Shown here: piece by piece, positions 13,338-26,800 of the stretch
Layout of the letters: each line of letters begins with the position of its first letter
Position numbering within the stretch: position 1 is the first letter of the stretch
From: Mytilus trossulus
Taxonomy: Eukaryota
Direction of reading: 5' to 3'
NCBI RefSeq assembly: GCF_036588685.1
Contig: NC_086376.1
Span: 87,399,630-87,463,629, forward strand
Length of the DNA: 64,000 bases
The notes under the pieces: generated by a model
What the model saw: only the letters and a program-made list of their open reading frames with translations
Told to the model about the DNA's origin: nothing
The model's database searches: none
Program-made: the position numbers and the translations under genes

Positions 13338-14435
13338 AAACTAGAGGCTCTCAAGAGCCTGTATTACTCACCTGATTCTACAAATGTACTTGGGTTTTTG
13401 AAATCATTTAAAAAAAATAATTGGCTAAAAGTAACAATATACCCTCATAAGGAAAGGAACATTCAGGCCATGTTTGATTTCATTCAATTCAGTGGTTCTC
13501 TAAAAGAAGTCATTTGTATGCATTTCTCATAGGGTCCTATGTTGGACTAGGTCCCCCCCACTGGCGACCGTCTTGGAAGATGGATCAACTACAAAGTAAC
13601 AACACTTGGTCAGCACCTCATAAGGAACATTCATGCCATGTTTGGTTTCATTCCATTTAGTGGTTCTCTAAAAGAAGTCATTTGTATGCATTTCCCATAG
13701 GGTCCTATGTTAAACTAAGTCTTCCGCTGGCAGCCATCTTGGATGATGGATCGGCTACAAAGTAACAACACTTTGTCAGCACCTCATAAGGAACATTCGT
13801 GTCATGTTTGATTTCATTCCATTCAGTGGTTCTCTAAAAGAAATCATTTGTATGCATTTCCCTTAGGGTCCTATGTTAAACTAAGTCCCCCACTGGCGGC
13901 TATCTTGGATGATGGATCAGCTACAAAGTAACAACACTTGGTCAGCACCTCATGAGGAACATTCAGGCCATGTTTGATTTCATTCAATTCAGTGGTTCTC
14001 TTAAAGAAGTCATTTGTATGCATTTCCCTTAGGGTCCTATGTTAAACTAAGTCCCCCACTGACAGCTATCTTGGATAATGGATCGGCTACTAGGTAACAA
14101 CACTTGGTCAGCACCTCATAAGGAAGGAACATTCATGCCATGTTTGATTTTCATTACATTCAGTGGTTCTCTAAAAGAAATCATTTGTATGCATTTCCCT
14201 TAGGGTCCTATGTTAAACTAAGTCCCCCACTGGCGGCTATCTTGGATGATGGATCGGCTACAAAGTAACAACACTTGGTCAGCACCTCATAAGGAACATA
14301 TATTCATGCCATGTTTGATTTCATTCAATTCAGTGGTTCTCTAGAAGAAGTTCAAATGTAAAAAGATAAAGACGACAACGGACGCCAAGTGGTGAGAAAT
14401 GCTCAGTTGGCCCTTCGGGCCAGGTGAGCTAAAAA
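13338..14435 (-). mobile_element. Non-autonomous Helentron-type element with about 5.5 x 166-bp internal tandem repeats
   Basis: Subterminal IR CTCACCTG / CAGGTGAG, hairpins AGGCTCT-CA-AGAGCCT and TGGCCC-TTC-GGGCCA, and 166-bp period (13598, 13764...). Confidence 0.85.
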
Positions 14436-14716
14436 TGTATTTGCATGTTAAAAATTATCTCCATTTATGCAAGGCTTCACAAAAATGTTCCCTGGAAGAT
14501 AGTATATGTACTGTAAGTGTTAATAAATCTGCAGACATACCTGCCAACTGTCAGTATTTGCAGGGGATTTCCACCATGTAGGCTCCCAAATTGTGCAGCA
14601 CATATCTTGTGAAGTTTCAGGGAATTGGGTAGAGAACTGGAGAAATTCAATTGTTGGAATATATTTACTGTTTGATCTTACAGGTTATTATGATGTTGCT
14701 GATCAAGTAGAATGTT

Positions 14717-14800
14717 ATGGATAACGTCATTAAACAGGGTTACTTAAAGAAATCCAGACCAACAGCTCCTGGAAGTAATCCAGCCAACAGCTTTCTACAG
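14717..14800 (+). CDS. PH-PDZ gene coding exon 1 (MDNVIKQGYLKK...FLQ)
   Basis: ATG at 14717, upstream acceptor TTACAG at 14683, donor GTGGGT at 14801, PH strand 1 motif. Confidence 0.8.
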
Positions 14801-17800
14801 GTGGGTTTTATATTAAATGTTAATGACACATTTATAATTTAAATTTCTTTAGTCTTTTGTCATAAGAGTCAGTGGTTTATTATATAACTAGAATTATTAA
14901 AACAGTATTCTTGTAATGTTGATCATACATAAAGGTTTTCGTTGTCAAATGGGAATTGTTGACCACGACTCAAGGTACAAAATTTTACATTTTATAAAAG
15001 TAATGTATTAACAATCAAACAAACAGATTTTTTTTCATTAATATTTTTTTTCTGCATTTTTATTAAAACTGTCATTAGGAATGTCCAATGGTTCCTACTT
15101 TTCTGAGATCTAATGTGGAAAACAAAATATCTGAAATATTAATACCTGTAAAAAGAGGGATTTTCTAGAATATTATAGTATCTAACAAATAATTGTCCAT
15201 CACATGACAAGGTAAAACATGATACTGTGTACACAATATATGTACTGAACACACTGGCTTTTGATATGTACTCGTTCAACTTTCACTAGTCAACTTACTG
15301 GTTATAACCATGCTGCTCCCAGTGTAAACCATATGTTTCATCATATTGTAATTAAAAATCCCAAGAATATATGTTTATATCATACATTGCGTGTAAGATT
15401 ATATCATTATAGTCTTTATGCTTTGTTTTACAGCTGTTTGAACCAACAAGATGGTTTGTGTTTGGTCTTCGAATTCGTCGTCCATATTTAGAGTATTATG
15501 AGAAAGAGCAGCATGTTTTCACAGCTCAGCCAATCAACAACTTTGATCTTTACGAATGCACTAAAGTTACTTATACTCTGGGTCGTAACAATAGAAACTG
15601 GACATTCTGTTTATTTCTACAAGACAGGGTTCTAGAATTAACAGCAGATTCAAGGTAAATTATCAATTATATTTATTGCCATCTTATTATCTTGAAAAGT
15701 TACATGTCCTTGCTTGTTTTTTTGTAAACATTGTTCTTGTTTGGGATATTACACTAAAAATTTAGATTATAACTGAATATATAATACTCACCTGACTCAA
15801 AGAGTTGGTGTCAGCTTTTGCTCCATGTATCAGATGGCTATTTTTGTTTATCATCATTCATCCTCTGTTAACATCTACAAATATAATCTCCTCTGAAACT
15901 ATCAGGATAAATAACACCAAACTTTTCCACAATCATCCTTATGATATCAAGTTTTACAATTTTGTCTGGTGATACAGCCTACCAAACAACATGACTTCCA
16001 ATGCTAGAAATAGAACAAAGGGTAAAAATGCAAGTACTATTTATTATCATCAGAAAGAGAAATCCGTAGGGTAAGAAATTTTCAAAATGATGAGAACTAC
16101 CTACATACATAGCAGCAATTTCCTCAATTAAAGATTGAAACATTTTTGAGATGTCTATTACATATTTTTCATGATTATTGGACCAGATATCTTTGGAAAT
16201 ATATATTGAACTTTAATTTCAGAACCTCAATTTTAGAAAGACTAAAAACAGTTCTATACATGTGTATAATTTGTATTTTTTTCTTTTTTCAGGGAGGTGA
16301 TGTTAAGTTGGTGTAGGACTTTGGAACATACACTTCAAAATTATGGAGCTTTAGTGAGTATATTAAATGATAACACATTAATTGCCATTGTTTGTATTCC
16401 TTCAGTAACCTTTTTTAATCTGTAGATGAACATAACATAAGCAATATAAGATAATTAAGTAATGCTTATTTAAAGAACGTTGATATTCCTAAATGATATT
16501 TTACATATATAAAGATGCTGTGTGGTTTATATCAATGAGACAAAAACTCAAGGACATACAAAACCAAAAGACTAGACCAACAAAAGACAGGTGTCTATAT
16601 ATAGATCTAGTGTGATTCAGATTTAAATCATTTTGTAGTGTTCTGTACCAGAGACTGTCATGCACCTTGTTGCTAAAATGGTAGTAATAACACATACAGT
16701 GAAATCCTGTAAGATATGTTGTTTATTTTTATTAGAAACATATGCCATCATAACACATATGCTGTGATAATGCTGTAAGATATGTTGTTATTCTTAAAAT
16801 CAAAACACATATACAGTGATTTGTTTATATTTAACAGAAACATGTGCCATCAGAACACATTTACAGTGATTGTTTATTTTAACAGAAACATGTGCCATCA
16901 GAACACATATACAGTGATTTGTTTATATTTAACAGAAACACGTGCCATCAGAACACATATACAGTGATTTGTTTATATTTAACAGAAACACGTGCCATCA
17001 GAACACATATACAGTGATTATCCAGTAAGATACAAACCAAAGAAGTCAGCCAGTCCTCCACCAATAGAAGACAGAGATTCAGCCACTCCCACCCCTCCTC
17101 CCTCTGAACCAGCCCCACCTGTTCCTCGAGAGAATGGACTGGTGCCCTTACAACCCAGAGCAGGAGCAGAATATTGTAATTCAGGTATATTTTAAAATGT
17201 ATTCAATAATAAACTTCTTTTTTTTTCGGAAGTAAGACAAATCTACAATATTCCTATATAGAGGGCAAACCTTTTTCTAAATTGACAGAACAATACAACA
17301 GATGTAATGGCATGTGTTATATCTAGAGTTTAATGAAATTATCCATATATTGCAGATAATAAATTTCTTGCATACTATGGATTCATTATTATTCTTTGTA
17401 TATCAATTTTCGTGGATTTCGTGGGAACAGGCGGACCACAAAATTAAAAGTTCAACGAATTTATAGCAAATTTAGCGTAGGCTTTTATGCAGATTTCAGA
17501 AAAAACACAAATTTAAATATCCACGAACATGTAAGTTTTCCTTAATCCCTGAAAATCGGTACCCACGAAAATAAATGAATCCACAGTATTTCCATTTGAA
17601 AATAAAATATGTATGATTGCCAATGAGACAAATATACACCAGAAACCAAATGATGTAGAAGTAATAAACTATAGGTCACCATACAACCTCGACAATGAGT
17701 AAAACCTATACGTGTACTGCAAAGTCACTTTTGTAATATGTCGATATAATTTCAAGGATGTTTACAGTGGTGTACACTTGAACTTTAACTATTGCAAAAC

Positions 17801-20800
17801 TTTGGCAGACCAGAAGTGATTGATTTTCTAATGACAATTTATACAAAATGAGGAACAGTTGTAGTAAAGACAGATCTTGAAATGTGTTTATTGTTTTAAC
17901 ACAATGTAAGGATTAGATAAGGAAGTGGCAAGCTTTTGGTTTCAGTCTTAGCCTATACAATAGTCAATATATATTGTTACTTTCAATTTAACTATTGTTT
18001 TGATATAAGTGGATTATAACTCTTTGAACTATTTTTAGACTGGGTAGTTGCTGAGAAACCAGAGTCTGAACACAGTGAACCAGACACGTCAGAAGACGAT
18101 TTCGTCAATGAAGAGTTCTTTAAACAGAAAAAGTTAGAAGCATTTAGTAGTAATACATTAAAACCAATATCAAAAACTGAAAATCCTTTCGTATTACACT
18201 CCAGATCAGTTGCCTCACTGCCCCTGAGGTCTTTTAGTTTGCCAGCAGAATATGCAAATGGTACACCTCAGTTACCAGCTAGACCACACAGGAATAAACC
18301 AGTCACCACTGGTACTTCAGAACCTCAGTACAGTCAAGTTAACAAATTAAAACCCAAACCAGAACCAGATTCTGAAGATGTTTATGAATCAGCATTTGAC
18401 TTTGATGATCAGGGTACACAATGTAATCATTCAAATAGAAATACATTAACTGACCTGTCAAGTTATACAACTGATGAATTAGACGAGGGTTTATATGAGG
18501 CAGCTTTTGATGTTCGTGACACACAACCTCTGTTTGAGAAAACAAGTTCTGATCCAATAGTTGAACTTCCCAAGCGAATTTCTAAATTAAAAGACATCGA
18601 TGAACTTTCTTCTGAGAAAAGAAAAAGTCAGATAGCTGTTGAAGAAAATATCTATTCAGGTTTTAATTGTGGTGAAGATAAAAATAATGATGGAAAATTT
18701 GTTGACAAAAAGGCTGATCTTGCAAATAACAATATTAAAAATGAAAACATTTACAGCAATACTAATTCTACGGACATTCCTGTGTCTAAGGGACATTCAA
18801 AAGATAATACAAATCAAAATCAAAATAAAGATCATATTTATTCCAATACTAATGCATGCATTAATACTGAAGCTACATCAATAGAAACAACGATTAACGA
18901 TGAAGAGTCTCAAGGAACTGCTAGTCCCCTCAAACCTCCTAGAAGGAACTCAAGAAATGCATCGAAAAAGAAAGTAGATCCAGGCTATGCAAATTTTGAT
19001 AAAGCAGGAAGTAATAATTCCAAAAAGGTGTCAGAAAAACATGAAAAGACTACAGAAACTGTTCCTTTACCTGTTAGAACTCAGCCTGTGAAGGAAAATA
19101 TTTATGACTTTGGAAAATGTTTACCTCCTCCGGTGAACAAAAGTGAAATAGCAAAGGCTGATTTATATAGTAATTTGAATTCCATTCAAGAACAATCCCG
19201 TGGCAGTGCTGATTTTAAGCAAAGCTCAAAATATACAATTCCCCCACCTTTGAATTTAAATTTTGATCATGCAAGATCTGATTCCTCCTCCCCTGAAACT
19301 CCTCGGAGATTAATTGAGTCACTTAAAATGCCATCAAAATTTGAACCTGTTTCCACCAAAAATGATCTTGATGACTTGCCACCATCACCAACCTCACCAA
19401 CAACACCTGTTAATGATCCTGGTATAGAATTTCCTACTGTTCATAAATCCATAATAAATGTGACTGATATATCTCATAAGAAGCAGTCAACCCCATCACC
19501 AAAACCTCGTCACTCCAGAACTACATCACACTCACCAAAAATTAGACATTCTGAAGACAAAGGCAAGGAGGCACAAAATGTACTGTTACCTAAGTCAAGA
19601 CTCGCTTCTGGAAAACAGGAACGCCCACGATCTTTGATAATGCCACAGCAGTATGACTACATGTCGTCTGTTCATCAACCTGTGCGCAAAAATACTGGAG
19701 AAGCATTATATTCACCTGTGTTAAATAAGAAATGGTTTGGTTCTCAACCAATGCCTGGAATAACCTCTCAACCAAAAGCTGTTGTTGCTTCACAACCAAT
19801 CTTAAATCTTGGTTCCAGTATTGGATCTCAACCAGTATCAAAGAATGGATTTCAACCAATTTCTACAGAAACAGACGAAATTTATCAAGTGCCAAAAAGA
19901 GCCAGATCTGTAAAGGTAAAGCATGAACCCCAACCAACTTTCATTAGTCGTGATATTGAGAGTAATGCTCTTGGTTCCTCACCAAGCCATGATGGCTTCC
20001 AGTTTAATGTTCCTAAGCGACAGACGTCTGCTGAGGATAATGATGATGAGGACAATGATTCACATGATTATGAAGATGCCACTATGCGTCATGGTGAGCC
20101 ACCTCTGCCACCAAGACGAACCAATTCAACTGCTATGAATAACCGTAGTCAGAGTGTGTATGTGCCCTGTAATATTAACCCAGAAGCATCAAACAAAGGT
20201 AAGAATGAAAAGTTTAGCTTCACTAGAAGTTATGAATGTGTGATGACTGTGGATTCATTTTTTTTTCATGTGTACCAATTTTTGTGAATTGAAGGAAATA
20301 ATTAATTTCATGGATATTTTATTTCTTGATTTTGCAAAACTTGGCATACAAACTTATAGAAATGTTTTTAATTCATTGAACAATAGAAATCTTGGATAAC
20401 AATGTGTTTACCTTCAAAATTCATTAAAATTAGTGTCCCACAAAAAATAATAAATCCACAATATTTTAAAAACAAAGAAGTCCTTTTTGTTTTTTTAGTG
20501 GTAATTAAAAAAAAAAGAGAAAAAAAGCAGGTGTGAACACAATAGACTAGGTCAATACTGTTCTCGTTTGAATTGTTTTACATTGTCATTTCCAGGCCTT
20601 TTATAGCTTACTATGGGATATGAGCTTTGCTCATTGTTAAAGGCTGTAAGGTGACCTTTAGTTGTTTACTTCTGTGCCATTTGGTCACTTGCGGAGAGTT
20701 GTCTCATTGGCAATTATACCTTCTTTTTCATATATACAATAGAAGCTATCATCCACAGAAGGCTTATGACCAGAGTTTTTGATGAACACAAATCACTGCT

Positions 20801-23800
20801 TTTCTTTACTTTTTCTCCAAGCAATCTCACTTTTTATACAAAAACCTATGTGCAGACCAAACTGAATGTATTTGAGACTCCACTTTCGTACCATGACATA
20901 TTAATCCATTCTAATGAATTGGCTACTGTGACTAGCCATAGTGATTATGTTATGGTAGGATGTAACATTTTGGGGATATATAATACAAATAGTATTGAAA
21001 ACAATATTCCATACAACCTATCCATGAACATTAAAAAAAAATATCAATGAAATACTCAAATAAACAAAATGTTAATAATTTTGAGTCATGTATGTGTATA
21101 ACCATTTATATTTGTAAGGAAAATGACATAAATTGAATCTGGTATGTTTTCTAAAAATATCAAAAGTAATATTTAAATATGGAATTATCTTTCTTTGTTC
21201 ATTATATTTTTGTTCCCTTCAAATGCTTAATACACTGCAATCTTGAATTAACCTTTATAAATAAATGCAATCTTTACAAGGGCTCTGATTGTAAAACTAC
21301 TGACTCTGTTGTTTATATTTAAAACAAAAAAAACAGAGCACCATATTGATATTTATCTTATAAGTGTTGAAATATGTGCTTGATTATGTCTGTTATATAC
21401 TTGTTTATCTTTTTAGTGATTGTAAGACAGACATCATTACGTGAGAGACAGAGGATTACATCATCGCCAGGATTGGTGACTGTTCTCCCGTTAAAACAGA
21501 GTGAAATAGACATTTTACAGGAAGAACAACATTCACATGGGATCATTGTTAAAATATCACCTGCAGCTTGTCAAAAGATAGCTTTGGTGGATAGCTTTAA
21601 TGGAGTATGGTATGTATTAAACTTGTCAAAAGATAGCTTTGGTGGATAGCTTTAATAAAGTATGGTATGTATTAAACTTGTTAAAAGATAGCTTTGGTGG
21701 ATAGCTTTAATAAAGTATGGTATGTATTAAACTTGTTAAAAGATAGCTTTGGTGGATAGCTTTAATAAAGTATGGTATGTATTAAACTTGTTAAAAGATA
21801 GCTTTGGTGGATAGCTTTAATAAAGTATGGTATGTATTAAACTTGTTAAAAGATAGCTTTGGTGGATAGCTTTAATAGAGTATGGTATGTATTAAACTTG
21901 TTAAAAGATAGCTTTGGTGGATAGCTTTAATGGAGTATGGTATGTATTAAACTTGTCAAAAAATAGCTTTGGTGGATAGCTTTAATGTAGTATGGCATGT
22001 ATTAAACTTGTCAAAAGATAGCTTTGGTGGATAGCTTTAATAAAGTATGGTATGTATTAAACTTGTTAAAAGATAGCTTTGGTGGATAGCTTTAATAGAG
22101 TATGGTATGTATTAAACCTGTCAAAAGATAGCTTTGGTGGATAGCTTTAATGGAGTATGGTATGTATTAAACTTGTTAAAAGATAGCTTTGGTGGATAGC
22201 TTTAATGGAGTATGGTATGTATTAAACTTGTTAAAAGATAGCTTTGGTGGATAGCTTTAATAGAGTATGGTATGTAATAAACTTGTTAAAAGATAGCTTT
22301 GGTGGATAGCTTTAATGGAGTATGGTATGTATTAAACTTGTTAAAAGATAGCTTTGGTGGATAGCTTTAATAGAGTATGGTATGTAATAAACTTGTTAAA
22401 AGATAGCTTTGGTGGATAGCTTTAATAGAGTATGGTATGTAATAAACTTGTTAAAAGATAGCTTTGGTGGATAGCTTTAATAAAGTATGGTATGTATTAA
22501 ACTTGTTAAAAGATAGCTTTGGTGGATAGCTTTAATAAAGTATGGTATGTATTAAACTTGTTAAAAGATAGCTTTGGTGGATAGCTTTAATAAAGTATGG
22601 TATGTATTAAACTTGTTAAAAGATAGCTTTGGTGGATAGCTTTAATAAAGTATGGTATGTATTAAACTTGTTAAAAGATAGCTTTGGTGGATAGCTTTAA
22701 TAAAGTATGGTATGTAATAAACTTGTTAAAAGATAGCTTTGGTGGATAGCTTTAATGGAGTATGGTATGTATTAAACTTGTCAAAAAATAGCTTTGGTGG
22801 ATAGCTTTAATGTAGTATGGCATGTATTAAACTTGTCAAAAGATAGCTTTGGTGGATAGCTTTAATAAAGTATGGTATGTATTAAACTTGTTAAAAGATA
22901 GCTTTGGTGGATAGCTTTAATAGAGTATGGTATGTATTAAACCTGTCAAAAGATAGCTTTGGTGGATAGCTTTAATGGAGTATGGTATGTATTAAACTTG
23001 TTAAAAGATAGCTTTGGTGGATAGCTTTAATGGAGTATGGTATGTATTAAACTTGTTAAAAGATAGCTTTGGTGGATAGCTTTAATAGAGTATGGTATGT
23101 AATAAACTTGTTAAAAGATAGCTTTGGTGGATAGCTTTAATGGAGTATGGTATGTATTAAACTTGTTAAAAGATAGCTTTGGTGGATAGCTTTAATAGAG
23201 TATGGTATGTAATAAACTTGTTAAAAGATAGCTTTGGTGGATAGCTTTAATAGAGTATGGTATGTAATAAACTTGTTAAAAGATAGCTTTGGTGGATAGC
23301 TTTAATGGAGTATGGTATGTATTAAACTTGTCAAAAGATAGCTTTGGTGGATAGCTTTAATAAAGTATGGTATGTATTAAACTTGTCAAAAAATAGCTTT
23401 GGTGGATAGCTTTAATGTAGTATGGCATGTATTAAACTTGTCAAAAGATAGCTTTAATGGATAGCTTTAAAAGAATGGGGTATGTATTAAACTTGTCAAA
23501 AATAGCTTTGGTGGATAGCTTTAAAAGAAAGGGGTATGTATTAAACTTGCCAAAAGATAGCTTTGGTGGATAGCTTTAATGTAGTATGGTATGTATTAAA
23601 CTTGCCAAAATATAGCTTTAATGGATAGCCTTAAAAGAATGGGGTATGTATTAAACTTGTCAAAAATAGCTTTGGTGGATAGCTTTAATAGAGTATGGTA
23701 TGTAATAAACTTGTTAAAAGATAGCTTTAGTGGATAGCTTTAATGGAGTATGGTATGTATTAAACTTGTTAAAAGATAGCTTTGGTGGATAGCTTTAATA

Positions 23801-26800
23801 GAGTATGGTATGTAATAAACTTGTTAAAAGATAGCTTTGGTGGATAGCTTTAATGGAGTATGGTATGTATTAAACTTGTCAAAAGATAGCTTTGGTGGAT
23901 AGCTTTAATGTAGTATGGTATGTATTAAACTTGCCAAAATATAGCTTTAATGGATAGCCTTAAAAGAATGGGGTATGTATTAAACTTGTCAAAAATAGCT
24001 TTGGTGGATAGCTTTAATAGAGTATGGTATGTAATAAACTTGTTAAAAGATAGCTTTAGTGGATAGCTTTAATGGAGTATGGTATGTATTAAACTTGTTA
24101 AAAGATAGCTTTGGTGGATAGCTTTAATAGAGTATGGTATGTAATTAACTTGTTAAAAGATAGCTTTGGTGGATAGCTTTAATAGAGTATGGTATGTAAT
24201 AAACTTGTTAAAAGATAGCTTTGGTGGATAGCTTTAATGGAGTATGGTATGTATTAAACTTGTCAAAAGATAGCTTTGGTGGATAGCTTTAATAAAGTAT
24301 GGTATGTATTAAACTTGTCAAAAAATAGCTTTGGTGGATAGCTTTAATGTAGTATGGCATGTATTAAACTTGTCAAAAGATAGCTTTAATGGATAGCTTT
24401 AAAAGAATGGGGTATGTATTAAACTTGTCAAAAATAGCTTTGGTGGATAGCTTTAAAAGAAAGGGGTATGTATTAAACTTGCCAAAAGATAGCTTTGGTG
24501 GATAGCTTTAATGTAGTATGGTATGTATTAAACTTGCCAAAATATAGCTTTAATGGATAGCCTTAAAAGAATGGGGTATGTATTAAACTTGTCAAAAATA
24601 GCTTTGGTGGATAGCTTTAATAGAGTATGGTATGTAATAAACTTGTTAAAAGATAGCTTTAGTGGATAGCTTTAATGGAGTATGGTATGTATTAAACTTG
24701 TTAAAAGATAGCTTTGGTGGATAGCTTTAATAGAGTATGGTATGTAATAAACTTGTTAAAAGATAGCTTTGGTGGATAGCTTTAATGGAGTATGGTATGT
24801 ATTAAACTTGTTAAAAGATAGCTTTGGTGGATAGCTTTAATAGAGTATGGTATGTAATAAACTTGTTAAAAGATAGCTTTGGTGGATAGCTTTAATGGAG
24901 TATGGTATGTATTAAACTTGTTAAAAGATAGCTTTGGTGGATAGCTTTAATAGAGTATGGTATGTAATAAACTTGTTAAAAGATAGCTTTGGTGGATAGC
25001 TTTAATAGAGTATGGTATGTAATAAACTTGTTAAAAGATAGCTTTGGTGGATAGCTTTAATGGAGTATGGTATGTATTAAACTTGTCAAAAGATAGCTTT
25101 GGTGGATAGCTTTAATAAAGTATGGTATGTATTAAACTTGTCAAAAAATAGCTTTGGTGGATAGCTTTAATGTAGTATGGCATGTATTAAACTTGTCAAA
25201 AGATAGCTTTAATGGATAGCTTTAAAAGAATGGGGTATGTATTAAACTTGTCAAAAATAGCTTTGGTGGATAGCTTTAAAAGAAAGGGGTATGTATTAAA
25301 CTTGCCAAAAGATAGCTTTGGTGGATAGCTTTAATGTAGTATGGTATGTATTAAACTTGCCAAAATATAGCTTTAATGGATAGCCTTAAAAGAATGGGGT
25401 ATGTATTAAACTTGTCAAAAATAGCTTTGGTGGATAGCTTTAAAAGAAAGGGGTATGTATTAAACTTGTCAAAAGATAGCTTTGGTGGATAGCTTTAAAA
25501 GAATGGGGTATGTATTAAACTTGTCAAAGATAGCTTTGGTGGATATCTTTAATGGAGTTTGGTATGTATTAAATTGGTCAAAAGATAGCTTTAGCAAATA
25601 GCTTTAATGGGGTGTGATATGCATTAAATTTGATAAAAAATAGCTTAAGTGGATAGCTTTAAAGGACTGTGGTATGTATTAAATTGTCAAAAGATAGTAC
25701 ATGTACATGTAGTATTAGAGGATTATTTAAGCTAGGTATGTCAAATAATATTGAGGTTTCCATGAGAAAAGATTGGCAGGTTTAAGAAAGCAACAGTGGG
25801 CATATGAAGAGTAGAGCTCTCATAATGCATATACACAATACAGAAAAAAAAAGAAATTCAGACAAATGACCTAAAATACGAATCAAAGAACTCTGATCCA
25901 GACAATTTTGTTTGTACAATGTACTTTAACTTGATTATTACAGGATTATAGGATGGGATTTTAAACATTATCCAAGGTTATCTGAGAGTATTCACATTGG
26001 TGACGAAGTTACTAAAATTAACGACCTCAGGGTAACTAACGCTAACATGGCTAAGAAAGTGTTGAAATCGTGCAATACAGAACAGATAGATCTGGTTATA
26101 AAACGTCTTCCTTACGCTAAAGTGATGGCCATACGAAGACATCAGACTGGTGAAAATCTAGGATTACAACGTTTAGGAGGAACTGCTGAGGTCAGCATAC
26201 TTATATTGATAGGTCAAAATACATTCAGCCAATCAGAAGATGTGTTACTTAGAAATAAGCTAAATAAAATTAAAGTGCAGAAAATAATTTTAATATCATC
26301 TACCATTGAGTCAATTTAAGGGTTTGCTATTATCTGTACCCATTAACAAGCTGTTTGTAATCTGTCTTAATTGGCCCCATCATCCTAATTCTAAAATTAG
26401 CTGAATTAAAGACTTTTCTTCATTATCTATATATGTAGTATGGTCGATTGAACTTACATCCAAAGCTACCATAGATTTAGTATCATATTTAGTTCATAAA
26501 AGTTAGAAATATTCTTCAGAGCTGCATAGGCATTCAATATTAATCTGTCTATTAATTCTGTTATTGCTCTCCTTTAAACTTATGTTAACTTTTCTCATAA
26601 ATGAATAAATACAAGAGACATCTGTAGGCTTCTATTTTGTTTGGACTTATGATGTGATGAAAGTAATACTAGTTTGAGTGATTGCATTCTAATTTTCCAG
26701 ATAACCTATGTGGACCCCTCAGGACTAACTGCTCAACATGGTTTGACAAAACATGCTTCATGTGTGGAGAGTGAGGGAACCTGTAACTGGTGGATTACAG

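Noticed and set aside
18239-20287. 682-aa ORF as a single-exon gene
   Set aside because: It starts at TTG, and phase-compatible splice sites at 18038 and 20199 make it an internal exon.
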